A stretch of DNA of 64,000 bases from NCBI GenBank assembly GCA_000146045.2, contig BK006943.2:640001-704000 (forward strand). Direction: 5' to 3'. Below are positions 11,460-21,900 of this stretch, in pieces; within the stretch, counting starts at the first letter, position 1; every line of letters begins with the position of its first letter. The notes beneath the pieces are model-generated. The model searched no databases. It was not told where the DNA came from and saw nothing but the letters and a program-made list of their open reading frames with translations. Made by a program: the position numbers and the translations under genes. The DNA comes from TPA_inf: Saccharomyces (lineage: Eukaryota).

Positions 11460-11900
11460 TTGTCTCAAGTTTATTTTTCAGATGAGAATGGCCCTGCATC
11501 AGTTTTTTTCCAGAAACTAATTCATGGTAACAAACATTTCGCGCCCTGCTACGGGGAAGGAGAATTCTTTTTCTCCCGCCCAGAACGTAAAGCCTTGTTT
11601 CTTTCTACCGTACTGGGCCCGTCTAATTCTGCCCCTTTGCTGGGAAATCTCCTTTGCAAGCTCCCCTACCTTCGCCGCAGGCTTAGTGGAGGTCTCACTG
11701 AACCCTTCCACCTTGGGCCAACTTCTACGCTCACGTTAGTAGGTAATGGATTATCCACAATGTGCCCATTAGTTCTAAAATATTTTGTACTTTTTATCAA
11801 TACTTAAAATTTCATTTTGAATTAAAATTACTTTTTATTTTAATTACACTCCTTTCATAATACCAAGAAAAGAGACTAGAAATAACCGACCATTCCAAAG

Positions 11901-12578
11901 ATGTCTGACACCGAAGCTCCAGTTGAAGTTCAAGAAGATTTCGAAGTTGTTGAAGAATTCACCCCAGTCGTCTTGGCTACTCCAATTCCAGAAGAAGTCC
12001 AACAAGCTCAAACCGAGATTAAGTTGTTCAACAAATGGTCTTTTGAAGAAGTTGAAGTTAAGGATGCTTCTTTGGTTGACTACGTTCAAGTTAGACAACC
12101 AATCTTTGTTGCTCACACCGCTGGTCGTTACGCCAACAAGAGATTCAGAAAGGCTCAATGTCCAATCATTGAAAGATTGACCAACTCCTTGATGATGAAC
12201 GGTAGAAACAACGGTAAGAAATTAAAGGCTGTTAGAATCATCAAGCACACTTTGGACATCATCAATGTCTTGACTGACCAAAACCCAATCCAAGTTGTTG
12301 TTGACGCTATCACCAACACTGGTCCAAGAGAAGACACCACCAGAGTCGGTGGTGGTGGTGCTGCTAGACGTCAAGCTGTCGATGTTTCTCCATTGAGAAG
12401 AGTTAACCAAGCTATTGCTTTGTTGACCATTGGTGCCAGAGAAGCTGCTTTCAGAAACATCAAGACCATTGCTGAAACTTTGGCCGAAGAATTGATCAAT
12501 GCTGCTAAGGGTTCCTCTACTTCTTACGCTATCAAGAAGAAGGATGAATTGGAACGTGTTGCCAAGTCTAACCGTTAA
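11901..12578 (+). CDS. RPS5: 40S ribosomal protein S5 (uS7), 225 aa
   Basis: Highly conserved uS7 sequence and a codon-biased ORF with ATG at 11901. Confidence 0.97.
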
Positions 12579-12891
12579 GAAGCTAAAAAAAGTGAAAGAT
12601 TTTCAATATTACATATGTTTTTCTTATTATTACTTTTATCTTCTTTGTACACTCTATTGTTTAAATTTATAACATAATACAATCTTATCTTTTGATGTAA
12701 AAAAAAATAGGACTATCAATTTTTAAATAATATATCTTACGCAAATCTATCAAGTAAATATAAATGCTATTGGTTGTACTTCCTCGTGTGTCAGATACTT
12801 TAACTGGGTACTATTTACATTGTCTCTAAACGTAACGTTTCCTTGAAATGATCTACACATGTTTCTAAGTCACTCTACATTTGCTGCTGCA

Positions 12892-14238
12892 TTAATGGCG
12901 GTTCATTTGCTTTTTAATTTTAGCGTCCACTCCTAAAAACATGCATGCCAGTATTAGATCCGCCGTTATCACCAAGGACCCACTAATGATGTAACATAGC
13001 CATAAATAATTATTGTTAGCAAGTATACCCGTGAATATTGGACCAACACACCGAGCAAATGTCTTTCCAATGTTGACCACCCCCATAACTTTGGTTAAAT
13101 CTCTTGGTTTGATGATATTTGTTAATAGAATTTGCCTTGGTGTAACGTCCATGGCAGTTGTTGCAAAATGCAGATTCAAAAACAAAATAGATAAGGGCAA
13201 GTAATTCTTGGCCATAGGGATGAGAATAGAAAATATCCCTGATGGAATTTGGACCAATAGTGTGGCTCTTACTGGGCCAAAACATCTGGCAATTATTGAT
13301 GATGGGATGGTGGAAGATGCCATAACCAGTTGCGTGATGAAAAATAAAGTACCCAACGCCAGAGATCCCATCAAAAATTGCTTACTATAGTAGTAAACCA
13401 TCCAGCCACTTGTCATAAACCCGGACCCGAGAGAGTCGACCATGAAGATTACTAACAATTTCATCAAAACCGAAACGGTCTCCTTAGATAGTTTGTTGGA
13501 TCTTTCTTCTGGGTGAGTTGCTTGTCTCATTAATGGTGCAGTTTCATCGTTAACGTCCAATGGTTCAGCTGTTTCTTCATTGCAATCTGTATGTTCATAA
13601 TGCCCGTCCAATTCTGTAGCATCTGATAATAAGAGCATGATGACCATTTTGCAAAAGGCGAAGAAGGCATACAGTAAGAAAACTAATTTATAACATTGCA
13701 AATCAGTAGCAGCTAAACCAGTTCTTTTCAAAAGATCTACAAATATACCACAAATTATTGCACCTAGAGCGCTTCCAATTGTTCCAACCAAGGCGTGAAT
13801 AGCATAAATCTCTGGTCTTGCATTATGAGGACTCAGATGTGCAATCATGGCCTCTTCTATAGATTTGAAAGGCCCGACTTCATCACTTGAAGGCGATATA
13901 ACACCGAAGATAGCAAATACTAGCAAGAGGGTGAAATTTTCGCTAAAACTGAAAACCAACCCACTTAACAACATCATTGCACAACCATAAACTAGGACTC
14001 TTCTTCGGCCCCAGGAATCCGCATACCAAGTAAGAATGTAAGAGCAAATTACATCCCCTGCCAGTGTTAATGACATAAACAGCCCAATTTTATCCTCTGT
14101 CATATTGATGGCATTTAAAAAAAGCGTCAAAACTTGATTTGTTAAACCATATGATAGAAGTCTAAGAAAGACGGACGCCCATAGTAGCTTTATGTCTCTA
14201 CTTGCACACTTGAATTTAACAAAAATTTCCGGTGCCAT
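12892..14238 (-). CDS. MFS-like multi-pass membrane transporter of unknown substrate, 448 aa
   Basis: About 10-12 predicted TM helices and an MFS-like topology. ATG at 14238. Length and position match YJR124C. Confidence 0.72.
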   Translation of the reverse strand: MAPEIFVKFKCASRDIKLLWASVFLRLLSYGLTNQVLTLFLNAINMTEDKIGLFMSLTLAGDVICSYILTWYADSWGRRRVLVYGCAMMLLSGLVFSFSENFTLLLVFAIFGVISPSSDEVGPFKSIEEAMIAHLSPHNARPEIYAIHALVGTIGSALGAIICGIFVDLLKRTGLAATDLQCYKLVFLLYAFFAFCKMVIMLLLSDATELDGHYEHTDCNEETAEPLDVNDETAPLMRQATHPEERSNKLSKETVSVLMKLLVIFMVDSLGSGFMTSGWMVYYYSKQFLMGSLALGTLFFITQLVMASSTIPSSIIARCFGPVRATLLVQIPSGIFSILIPMAKNYLPLSILFLNLHFATTAMDVTPRQILLTNIIKPRDLTKVMGVVNIGKTFARCVGPIFTGILANNNYLWLCYIISGSLVITADLILACMFLGVDAKIKKQMNRH

Positions 14239-14736
14239 GGTTACGTTAACTTTAGAAATATTGGTAAATCCTTCTGCAATGAGCTTTTTCGAGATGTGAA
14301 AAATTAGTAGAGTTTTCTTTCGTGCCTTTTTTTTCGGTGCGTCAACTTTAATATATAGTTATAATTGCTCTATAATGCTAGGCAAAAATAAACGAGAAGG
14401 AAGGTGAGTTTTAGTTCATTGACTAAAAATGAGCAAAAAAAGTCAGGAGTTTTTGTTTTGAAGGGCACTTCAACTCTCGAACTATGGATTTACAGTTTCT
14501 TCCTCGTCTTTTTAAGTAAAGTATTTTCAAATGACCAAAATGTAAATAAATTTGAAAAGGGCCCTTCTTTACGAAAAAAAGATCAAAAAAATGTTCACAA
14601 ACTATTTCACGAAATCAAGACAAACATATAAAGGAGAAATACAGTGGAGATTAGATAGTAATGTTCGTAATACCTGTTACAAAGTACTTTCTATTGTTAT
14701 AAAACATTTACATATTGTGTAAACCAATAATATCAC

Positions 14737-15963
14737 TCAAAAGGAAAGTAAATCGATTTCTTTGGATGATGTATGGTTATTATTGGTATTCTGTTCTTGT
14801 TGAACAGCTCCACCATGCATTTCACCAAATTCGTCATCATCATCTTGATCTGTACTTAGTGCAGTTGTGCTATTAGATACAGGATTAGAGGCAGCGGCTT
14901 TCGCTTGGGATGCTTTAGGAGCACTAGGTGCTTCTGCAGATGCCTTTGCAGTTGAAAAGAGAGAGCTAAAAGGATCTACTTTTTTAGGTTCCGCAATAGC
15001 TGGGGTAATCTTGCCTTGGTCGGTAGTGGAGCTGTTATAAAAAGGCATTGAACTCGTGGTGGCGGGCATACCCTCAATTGGGCTCGTGTTTAGCAAGTTA
15101 AACGAATTAGCAGGGTTGGTAACAGGGACGGCGCTTTGAAATTCTGAAAACTCGTCATCATCGTCCTCTTCTTCGTCCGCCTTCTTTTCATCTTCTTGTA
15201 TGAGTTCTTTAGATGGTTTTGAAGACTCACTAGAAAAAAAGTCAACAAAGTCCTCTGGTTCTTGTTTTCCTTGCCCAGGAGTAGATGTGGCTCTCGAGGC
15301 ATTATCGTTATATCCATTTTGACTAAAAGAACCATCTTCGTTATCTTCATTGTCACTATCGAAATCAGCACTCACGCTAATGCCGTGCACTTTCGTTGAC
15401 GTGAAACCTGCCTTCGAATTCAAACTGCCATCAGCAGAGGCAGATCCTCCAGCAACGCCCTTGTACTTCTTTGCCGTTTCTCTTGCCTTTTTTCTTTCTG
15501 CGCGTATCTTATTATCGTCGCTCAATAATTCAATCAAAGCTTTGACCCTAGTTCTGACATTAATTCCTTGATCTCTTCCCTGGGAATCAATATAGTGAAA
15601 AGTTTCTAAAATCCTAATTAAGTTAATGCTATTCCTTGTATCATCGATAAACCTTTCAGAACCGTGTTTGATAAGGTAATCGAGCAATTGCAAGGCTTTA
15701 TAAATTTGCCTCCACTCACTACCTGCCTTTTCAGTGAACCTTCTGAATATCATGGACAAAATTTCTTCTCTTTCCCTGAAATTGTAAGTTCCTTGAGAAA
15801 TCTGGTCCATTAAAGTGGATGAGGCACCCCAAGGCTCGTTGTTTGTCGCTTCACGAACTTTCCCCTCCATCTCAGTATAATTGAAAACAACATTTTGAGC
15901 TTTACGAAAATATTTCTTGGCGTCATATAATGACATGTTGGCTAATGTATCCTCTAAACTCAT
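14737..15963 (-). CDS. ENT3: Epsin-like clathrin adaptor with an N-terminal ENTH domain, 408 aa from ATG 15963
   Basis: ENTH domain followed by a low-complexity acidic tail with D/E-F motifs. The track ORF starts on GTG 12 nt upstream of the first ATG. Confidence 0.83.
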   Translation of the reverse strand: MSLEDTLANMSLYDAKKYFRKAQNVVFNYTEMEGKVREATNNEPWGASSTLMDQISQGTYNFREREEILSMIFRRFTEKAGSEWRQIYKALQLLDYLIKHGSERFIDDTRNSINLIRILETFHYIDSQGRDQGINVRTRVKALIELLSDDNKIRAERKKARETAKKYKGVAGGSASADGSLNSKAGFTSTKVHGISVSADFDSDNEDNEDGSFSQNGYNDNASRATSTPGQGKQEPEDFVDFFSSESSKPSKELIQEDEKKADEEEDDDDEFSEFQSAVPVTNPANSFNLLNTSPIEGMPATTSSMPFYNSSTTDQGKITPAIAEPKKVDPFSSLFSTAKASAEAPSAPKASQAKAAASNPVSNSTTALSTDQDDDDEFGEMHGGAVQQEQNTNNNHTSSKEIDLLSF

Positions 15964-16253
15964 TCTTCCTAACACTAATTAACGATGTGATCTCCTATCG
16001 ACGTCCCTACACCTTCCTGAATTGGTAATTTTTGCTTTCCTCAAATAACTGTATCTACAAATCATTTCATGATTCTTCTAGTCCCCTTTTACTTTTCCTA
16101 ATCACCTCGCACAACGTACGGTGTGACATGTATAAGAAATTGAAGCCATGTTTATAGAGTATATACAAAAAAGCCTCTCATGGTTATTATTCAAAGTCAC
16201 TCTACGTATGCAAATAAAATAAATGTATATACTGAGGTGAGGTACTTAAATGC

Positions 16254-18689
16254 TTATTGAAGTAAATAGCGAACGTTGCTGAATTGGCTTAGCAAAATGG
16301 TTAACCACTGAATGACCTCGTTTCTATCAATATCAGCCAATCCTTCGTGAAGGCCGGGCAAAACTTCCCCGACAGATCCCTCAAACTTACTAGGTGCTAA
16401 AAGAGAGTACTTCATCCATTCCCTGTCTTTCAGTCCTCTGTGTGTAATAAATAATTGATCAATTTGCTTTGATTTGCTATTGGATCGTTGCAGTTTAATA
16501 TAGCTCTTGATTTTTTTGTAAAAAGCCCAAACAGGTAAAGCTTCCCTACACTCTTTATAGAGAATACCATTTTGTTGGTCAAATTGGATGCTATCTTCCT
16601 GTGTGGCAACTTTTAATAAGTCCAGAACCCTTTTTGCTAAGCTGTTCACTTCATCGTCCTGGGGAAATGCTGAAGATAGATTAGAGTGCCATGCGATATA
16701 CCAGTTATATATTTTCTTCAGGTAAACATGTGTATTGAATCTTGCCAGTTCGTTTTCACTCAGCATCAGCGTTGTCAAACCTACAAACATGGCCATGGTG
16801 TTGTGTAACTTGTAGTCAGAATTGGTAAATTTTTCCAACCAAGTTGGGCTATCGAATACGGAGTTACTATGATAGACTGCGCCTGAAGTATCATTGGCAT
16901 TAAACTGAAAATGTGCAGCGGGCACTCCAAGATGGTACTGAAATGAAGTGTAACTAGACAACCCATCAAGTAGAGAAATAGTGGCATTAGAAGTGTATTT
17001 CCAATGGTCGAACAATGACCAGTCTTCGTGCCCATTAAATTCCGTGAGCTTAGCAGCTTCGTATATCACGTCTTGTAAAAGTGGGTTGGCTTTACAGTGA
17101 AAATTTGTCCCAGAGATTGCATTATCTAGATTTAGGTATACCAAGGCCCTTCTCCTGAGAATCGCAGCATGAGCTTCTGCATAATCTGTAGATCCCAGAA
17201 GGCCGGATCGTTCACCATCCCAACTTATTAGTTTGATAGGACGCAGTGGCTTCCAACCATGCTTAAGTAATTTACTCATTCCTCGTGCAATTTCTAAAAG
17301 AATAGCGCTGCCACTATTTGCATCACCGGCGCTACTCGAGGCGAGCGAATCCCTATGAGCTCCGATAATAATCTCCCCCTCAGTGAATATACCAGGGATA
17401 CTAACCTCTACACTACTCATTTCCTTGATGTTGTAAGTTAGCTCATTATGCAAATGGACTTTATCGATAGAGCTTGAAGGTCCAGTGAATGATCCAAAAT
17501 CTTTTATATTACTACCGGGCCCAATTTGAAAACCCCTGCCATTCAATCTTTCTAAAATTGGTTGGACATCTCTAGCACTCATCGGCACCGATGGTATCCT
17601 CGGCACTCTCCCTACCGGTGACATATGTTCAGTGTCGGAATCCTTGGAGGGATACCCTGGAGTTGTCGGATCTCCTGGAGTGTCACTGAAATAGTTTACA
17701 GAATCTCTCCTAATATAACTTGGGTTTCTTGCTGGTCCATAAGGATAGTGTAAAAACCCATTTTCCTCAGTAACTTTACCATCGTCAAATGGGTCTGTAT
17801 ATATAATGACACTGGAAGCGCCATAAAGTTCTGCATTCTTTACCTTTAATCCAGGTAATATTTTACCCGATCGTACGATGTGGATTTTATCTTCAATATC
17901 AATGTTTTTCTTCAAAAGTAGCTTGTAATCACTGATGCTACCATAATTGCAAAACACGTATCGAGCAGTTACACTTCCATTTTTTGAATATTGATGGAAA
18001 CCCTTTTGCCTTTTCCTAGCGTGAGAAGCAGGATCACCTTTAACTCTATCCTCGATCATGCTTGCTTCGTAGACCACTTTACCATTTTCTAAAGGAGCTA
18101 CGTTAGTGTCTACTGGTTCACCTATCCATGGGTAATATTTTTCAACTTTGGGTTTGTACCCCATATCTAGAAACTCGTCCAAGGTATATTTAAACGTTGA
18201 CGAATCACTTGCTCCGTTGCTCATGTACCCAGCATACTTGTATACATGTTCTTTCGCTCTATTTTCCTGTTGCAAGGAGTTCAAGTATATCCTATAAACC
18301 TCTGCATTCGTCAATCTGGAAGAGTGAAACCGCCGAAAGTCTCTTGATAAAGACGTCCTGGGAGCAAATGCGGCAACAAATCCCATGTACAAAAGGAGAC
18401 TCGCTAGAATCAAGTACATAAACTTTTCCTTGTCCATATGTTCTTTCATTATTTCATAACCACTAACAATACTAGATATTGTATTACTTCTGCCTCTATT
18501 CCTGGATGTTAAAGTGAAAGAATCATTCATGCTTTCTTCATTGTCATCGCGAGTGGTCTCGCCACTATATTGTTGTAATCCAGTGGCTTCGGCCTCATTG
18601 TCATCAGGGTCTGCCATATTAACAACAGTTCTCTCCTTTAATTGACCTTCCTCTTTCTCTCTCTTTCTCTCTCTCTGTATCATTCTCAT
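16254..18689 (-). CDS. VPS70: Transferrin-receptor/PSMA-like type II membrane protein (PA domain, M28 peptidase-like, TfR dimerisation domain), 811 aa
   Basis: N-terminal TM anchor and M28/PA architecture. The 5' end holds a GA-rich run (CT-rich on the + strand, about 18631-18677) that encodes the RE/KE repeats RERKREKEE. Confidence 0.83.
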   Translation of the reverse strand: MRMIQRERKREKEEGQLKERTVVNMADPDDNEAEATGLQQYSGETTRDDNEESMNDSFTLTSRNRGRSNTISSIVSGYEIMKEHMDKEKFMYLILASLLLYMGFVAAFAPRTSLSRDFRRFHSSRLTNAEVYRIYLNSLQQENRAKEHVYKYAGYMSNGASDSSTFKYTLDEFLDMGYKPKVEKYYPWIGEPVDTNVAPLENGKVVYEASMIEDRVKGDPASHARKRQKGFHQYSKNGSVTARYVFCNYGSISDYKLLLKKNIDIEDKIHIVRSGKILPGLKVKNAELYGASSVIIYTDPFDDGKVTEENGFLHYPYGPARNPSYIRRDSVNYFSDTPGDPTTPGYPSKDSDTEHMSPVGRVPRIPSVPMSARDVQPILERLNGRGFQIGPGSNIKDFGSFTGPSSSIDKVHLHNELTYNIKEMSSVEVSIPGIFTEGEIIIGAHRDSLASSSAGDANSGSAILLEIARGMSKLLKHGWKPLRPIKLISWDGERSGLLGSTDYAEAHAAILRRRALVYLNLDNAISGTNFHCKANPLLQDVIYEAAKLTEFNGHEDWSLFDHWKYTSNATISLLDGLSSYTSFQYHLGVPAAHFQFNANDTSGAVYHSNSVFDSPTWLEKFTNSDYKLHNTMAMFVGLTTLMLSENELARFNTHVYLKKIYNWYIAWHSNLSSAFPQDDEVNSLAKRVLDLLKVATQEDSIQFDQQNGILYKECREALPVWAFYKKIKSYIKLQRSNSKSKQIDQLFITHRGLKDREWMKYSLLAPSKFEGSVGEVLPGLHEGLADIDRNEVIQWLTILLSQFSNVRYLLQ

Positions 18690-18763
18690 ATATCTCTTAC
18701 ATTCTTAATTGTGCATGTTGAAATTGTTTTAATAAGTACGGCCCCTTGCCTTGTCAAACCTTT

Positions 18764-18771
18764 TTACCCGG
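18764..18771 (+). promoter_or_regulatory. TTACCCGG Reb1 consensus about 75 bp upstream of the VPS70 ATG
   Basis: Exact 8-mer match to the Reb1 site, positioned for a nucleosome-free region. Function is inferred only. Confidence 0.35.
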
Positions 18772-18916
18772 GCCATCAAACTCAAGCAAACTCCGAATGG
18801 AACAATGCCTTTTTGAAGCCTGGTGGTATATTATGAAAGTTATGATAGTTCTAAGCTTTAATTCTGTAAATACTATAGTATAGAGACGGCCGCCATTATA
18901 TATTTGTAAATCGGAC

Positions 18917-21900
18917 TTATATTCTAGTGTTTCTTTTTTTCGTAACACTATAGATAGCTCTTGATTGCAAACCATGAGCGAACGATAATATTATAGGCCA
19001 AATTGGCGCATCACCCAATATTTGAACACCCAAATATAAACATTTGGAGGATAGACTTGCCGCTACAATTAGTTGAATTGTCTCATTTATATCGGTATTC
19101 GGGTCCATGGCCCTTTGTGCTTGTTCTTCATTTAGTGCTGACAAATCTAGGGCATCCTTGTCCTGCCATCTTAAGAAATCAGTGTACGATTTCAACACAT
19201 CACACTCCTTCGGTATCAAGTTCATTTGTAATCTTCTCAAAATCCTTTCTGCTTTTAGCCATAAGACACGGTCCGAAAAATCCAATAATGCTGAGTTAGG
19301 GTTGTTGGCATTGTACCCGCGTGCCCAATCCTCTACACATTTCATGTATTCCGAAATCACTAATACTGCAGTGAACATACATGTGGTCGCAAATACAGGA
19401 GTATTGAAAATTCTGCGCTTGCCCTGTTTAATGTACGTAAAAAATGAAGTCCACGCATCCACCATATTCAGTGCATACTCGGTAGCTTCCCTCAATGAAC
19501 CCATGTCATAGCAAACTTCCTCCAAAGCTTTATTCATATTGGACCAATCTTTCAACCAGATTTTCTCAATAACATGTGCCAGGTCCAAACACCGTCTCAT
19601 TTTGGCAAACAAATATACCGGAATTATTAACCTCATTGCTGGATTGGCGTTTATTGTTGACATGCTATTCTCGGTAGGTGTCAAGATGCCACCATTTTTC
19701 AAATAAAGGTTTTCCCAGTATTTTAACATTGTATCGATCCGTTGTCTGGAAGTCATCTTCCACTCAATATCGTCCAACTCAATGTTATTGCTATTGGTGT
19801 TGTTATTACTGATCCTTGCGTTATTTCTTTCAATAAGTATTTTCTCATGGATAGATATCAACAATGATAGACATGTACTTAACGAAACCCTAGCATTTCC
19901 GTAAAAAAAACTATCGCCTGTAGAAAGAAACCTCAAACAATTTTCATATGCCTCGTTACCATTAGACAATTCAATCAACGAAAATTTCGAATCTAACGTT
20001 ATTTTGTATTGACATAATAGGTCCGACCATTCATCGGAATTTCGGCACTGATATAATTCTTCTTTATAGCATGGAACACCACATTTTAAATCGACTGAAT
20101 GAAAACAGCAATCAGCACCTACCAGTGAAGAAAATAAGTTAGATATAAGTAATACCGCATGGCAAGTCCTGATACGTGACTGCGCCAATACAAAATATTG
20201 GTAGTTTTTGTTCATTTGATTCGGCGCGTTGTATTGCTCTCTTATTTTTGAAAACATATGAGGACTGTTTTCATATTCCATAATATGATCACTCTCAATA
20301 GGCGGCTGGCATAGGGACTCTAGGGGCAAATTTAAACGAGAGGCCTTCAAGAGACGAATAATAGTCGTCAACTGACCATGCATCCCCTTGATCACGGCTG
20401 TATTTTTATTGAAAATACAGTAGAACGTTAGCAATACTAATGTCTGTATAACCCATAACTCTGTCGTCTCCGGGTTTTTCTCACTAACTTTCAAGCTTTT
20501 CCTAATTTGGGTGCTAGCTGCATTAGCTAACACTTTTGCATGCGTCGAATGAAACCCATACAATGCTCCGACCATGGAGATAGATAATAACAAGGGATAA
20601 CTGTCCATATTAGGTATGATAGAAGGAAGATGAATAAATGAAAAAAATGGATGGAATTCTTCCTTATAGTAAGTCACATAATCGTTCAATTGACTAGTTG
20701 TGGGGAAGGCTCCTGAATCGATATTATTGTCGGCTAGCATCATACTCCTTAGCTCATTGGTAAAAAGCACTTGAGATACTGAAGGGACAGAAAACGGAGA
20801 TAACAAATCCGAAGGAGTAAGAACAGGCAGCTGTTTCTGTGTTGCATTAGAATCAGTTTCGCCGGGGAAAGACAAAGTGAGAACATCGTCGTTCACATGA
20901 GAATTATTTTGCTCTGTCCCGTTTAATACCTTGGAAATATCCAATTGCCTTGAGCTGAAAAAATTGGATAGATCGTAGTCCATCATGACGCTATCACGAC
21001 GCCTCTTATGAGAACTATGGGAAATAGGGTCAGAATAGGAAGGCTCCTTTAGTTGGTTTTGTGGTGTACTTGGTAAATCTGTGCTTCCATTCAAACTCAA
21101 GTTTAAGCGAGGTGATAAAGAAGCTTTTTCATGATTTAATGAGGTAGCAGAATGGTTTGGAGGTGACTTGTTTGGTATAGATGACCTTGATGAAGGTGGA
21201 GAATAAATAAACCCAATGTCATTGAAATGATTGAAGTTGATCTTGAAGGTAGATTTTGGATCAGAGTTGTTAATAAACTCTGATAACCACTTGTCATCTA
21301 TGGCAGCAGGATCGATATTACTATCCTTATCATTGGGCTCCATTGATGGTTCCAGTAAATTATTTGTGCCTGGATTGAAATTGATCGTGGAAGAGGAATC
21401 TGAAACAGTTGTTGGTGGGTTTTTAGGAGATAGTGACATAAGCGGCTGCTCATTGCTCATTTGCCTATAAGTTTGATTTGCCAAATTACTGTAACTATTA
21501 GAAGCCGTAGTAGAATTAGACGGTATAGTATTCGGGAAGCTTGACGGAAGGTTAAATTCAGAAACTGTCGGTTTATCATGACTGAAGCAGCCCAAATCAA
21601 ATGGCGAATGGTGGCTAGACATGTATCCTCCCGCACCTGCATGTGCAGAGTTCATTGTCAAAAGATCGGTTAAAGATGGACCGCTACTTAAGAGATACAC
21701 TCCAGGTGTAGCAACTGTACTTCCATTGTTGCTGTTCACTATGGTACTAGAGGTGGAATTTTGCTGTTGTTGTTGTTGTTGTTGTTGCTGTCCGGAGGGG
21801 TCATTGTTAAATAGATTTAAGTTAAACTTGATAGCTTGCGGTGGTTCGTCCAGGGTTAACGGAGGTAAATCCAATTCTGACACGCTTTCCATGAGCTGCT

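Noticed and set aside
11460-11807. Three mutually overlapping ORFs (115, 71 and 64 aa) upstream of RPS5 as protein-coding genes
   Set aside because: Simultaneous openness on both strands points to compositional (GC-rich) rather than coding constraint. No homology was recognised. I kept this only as a finding about an unusual promoter block.
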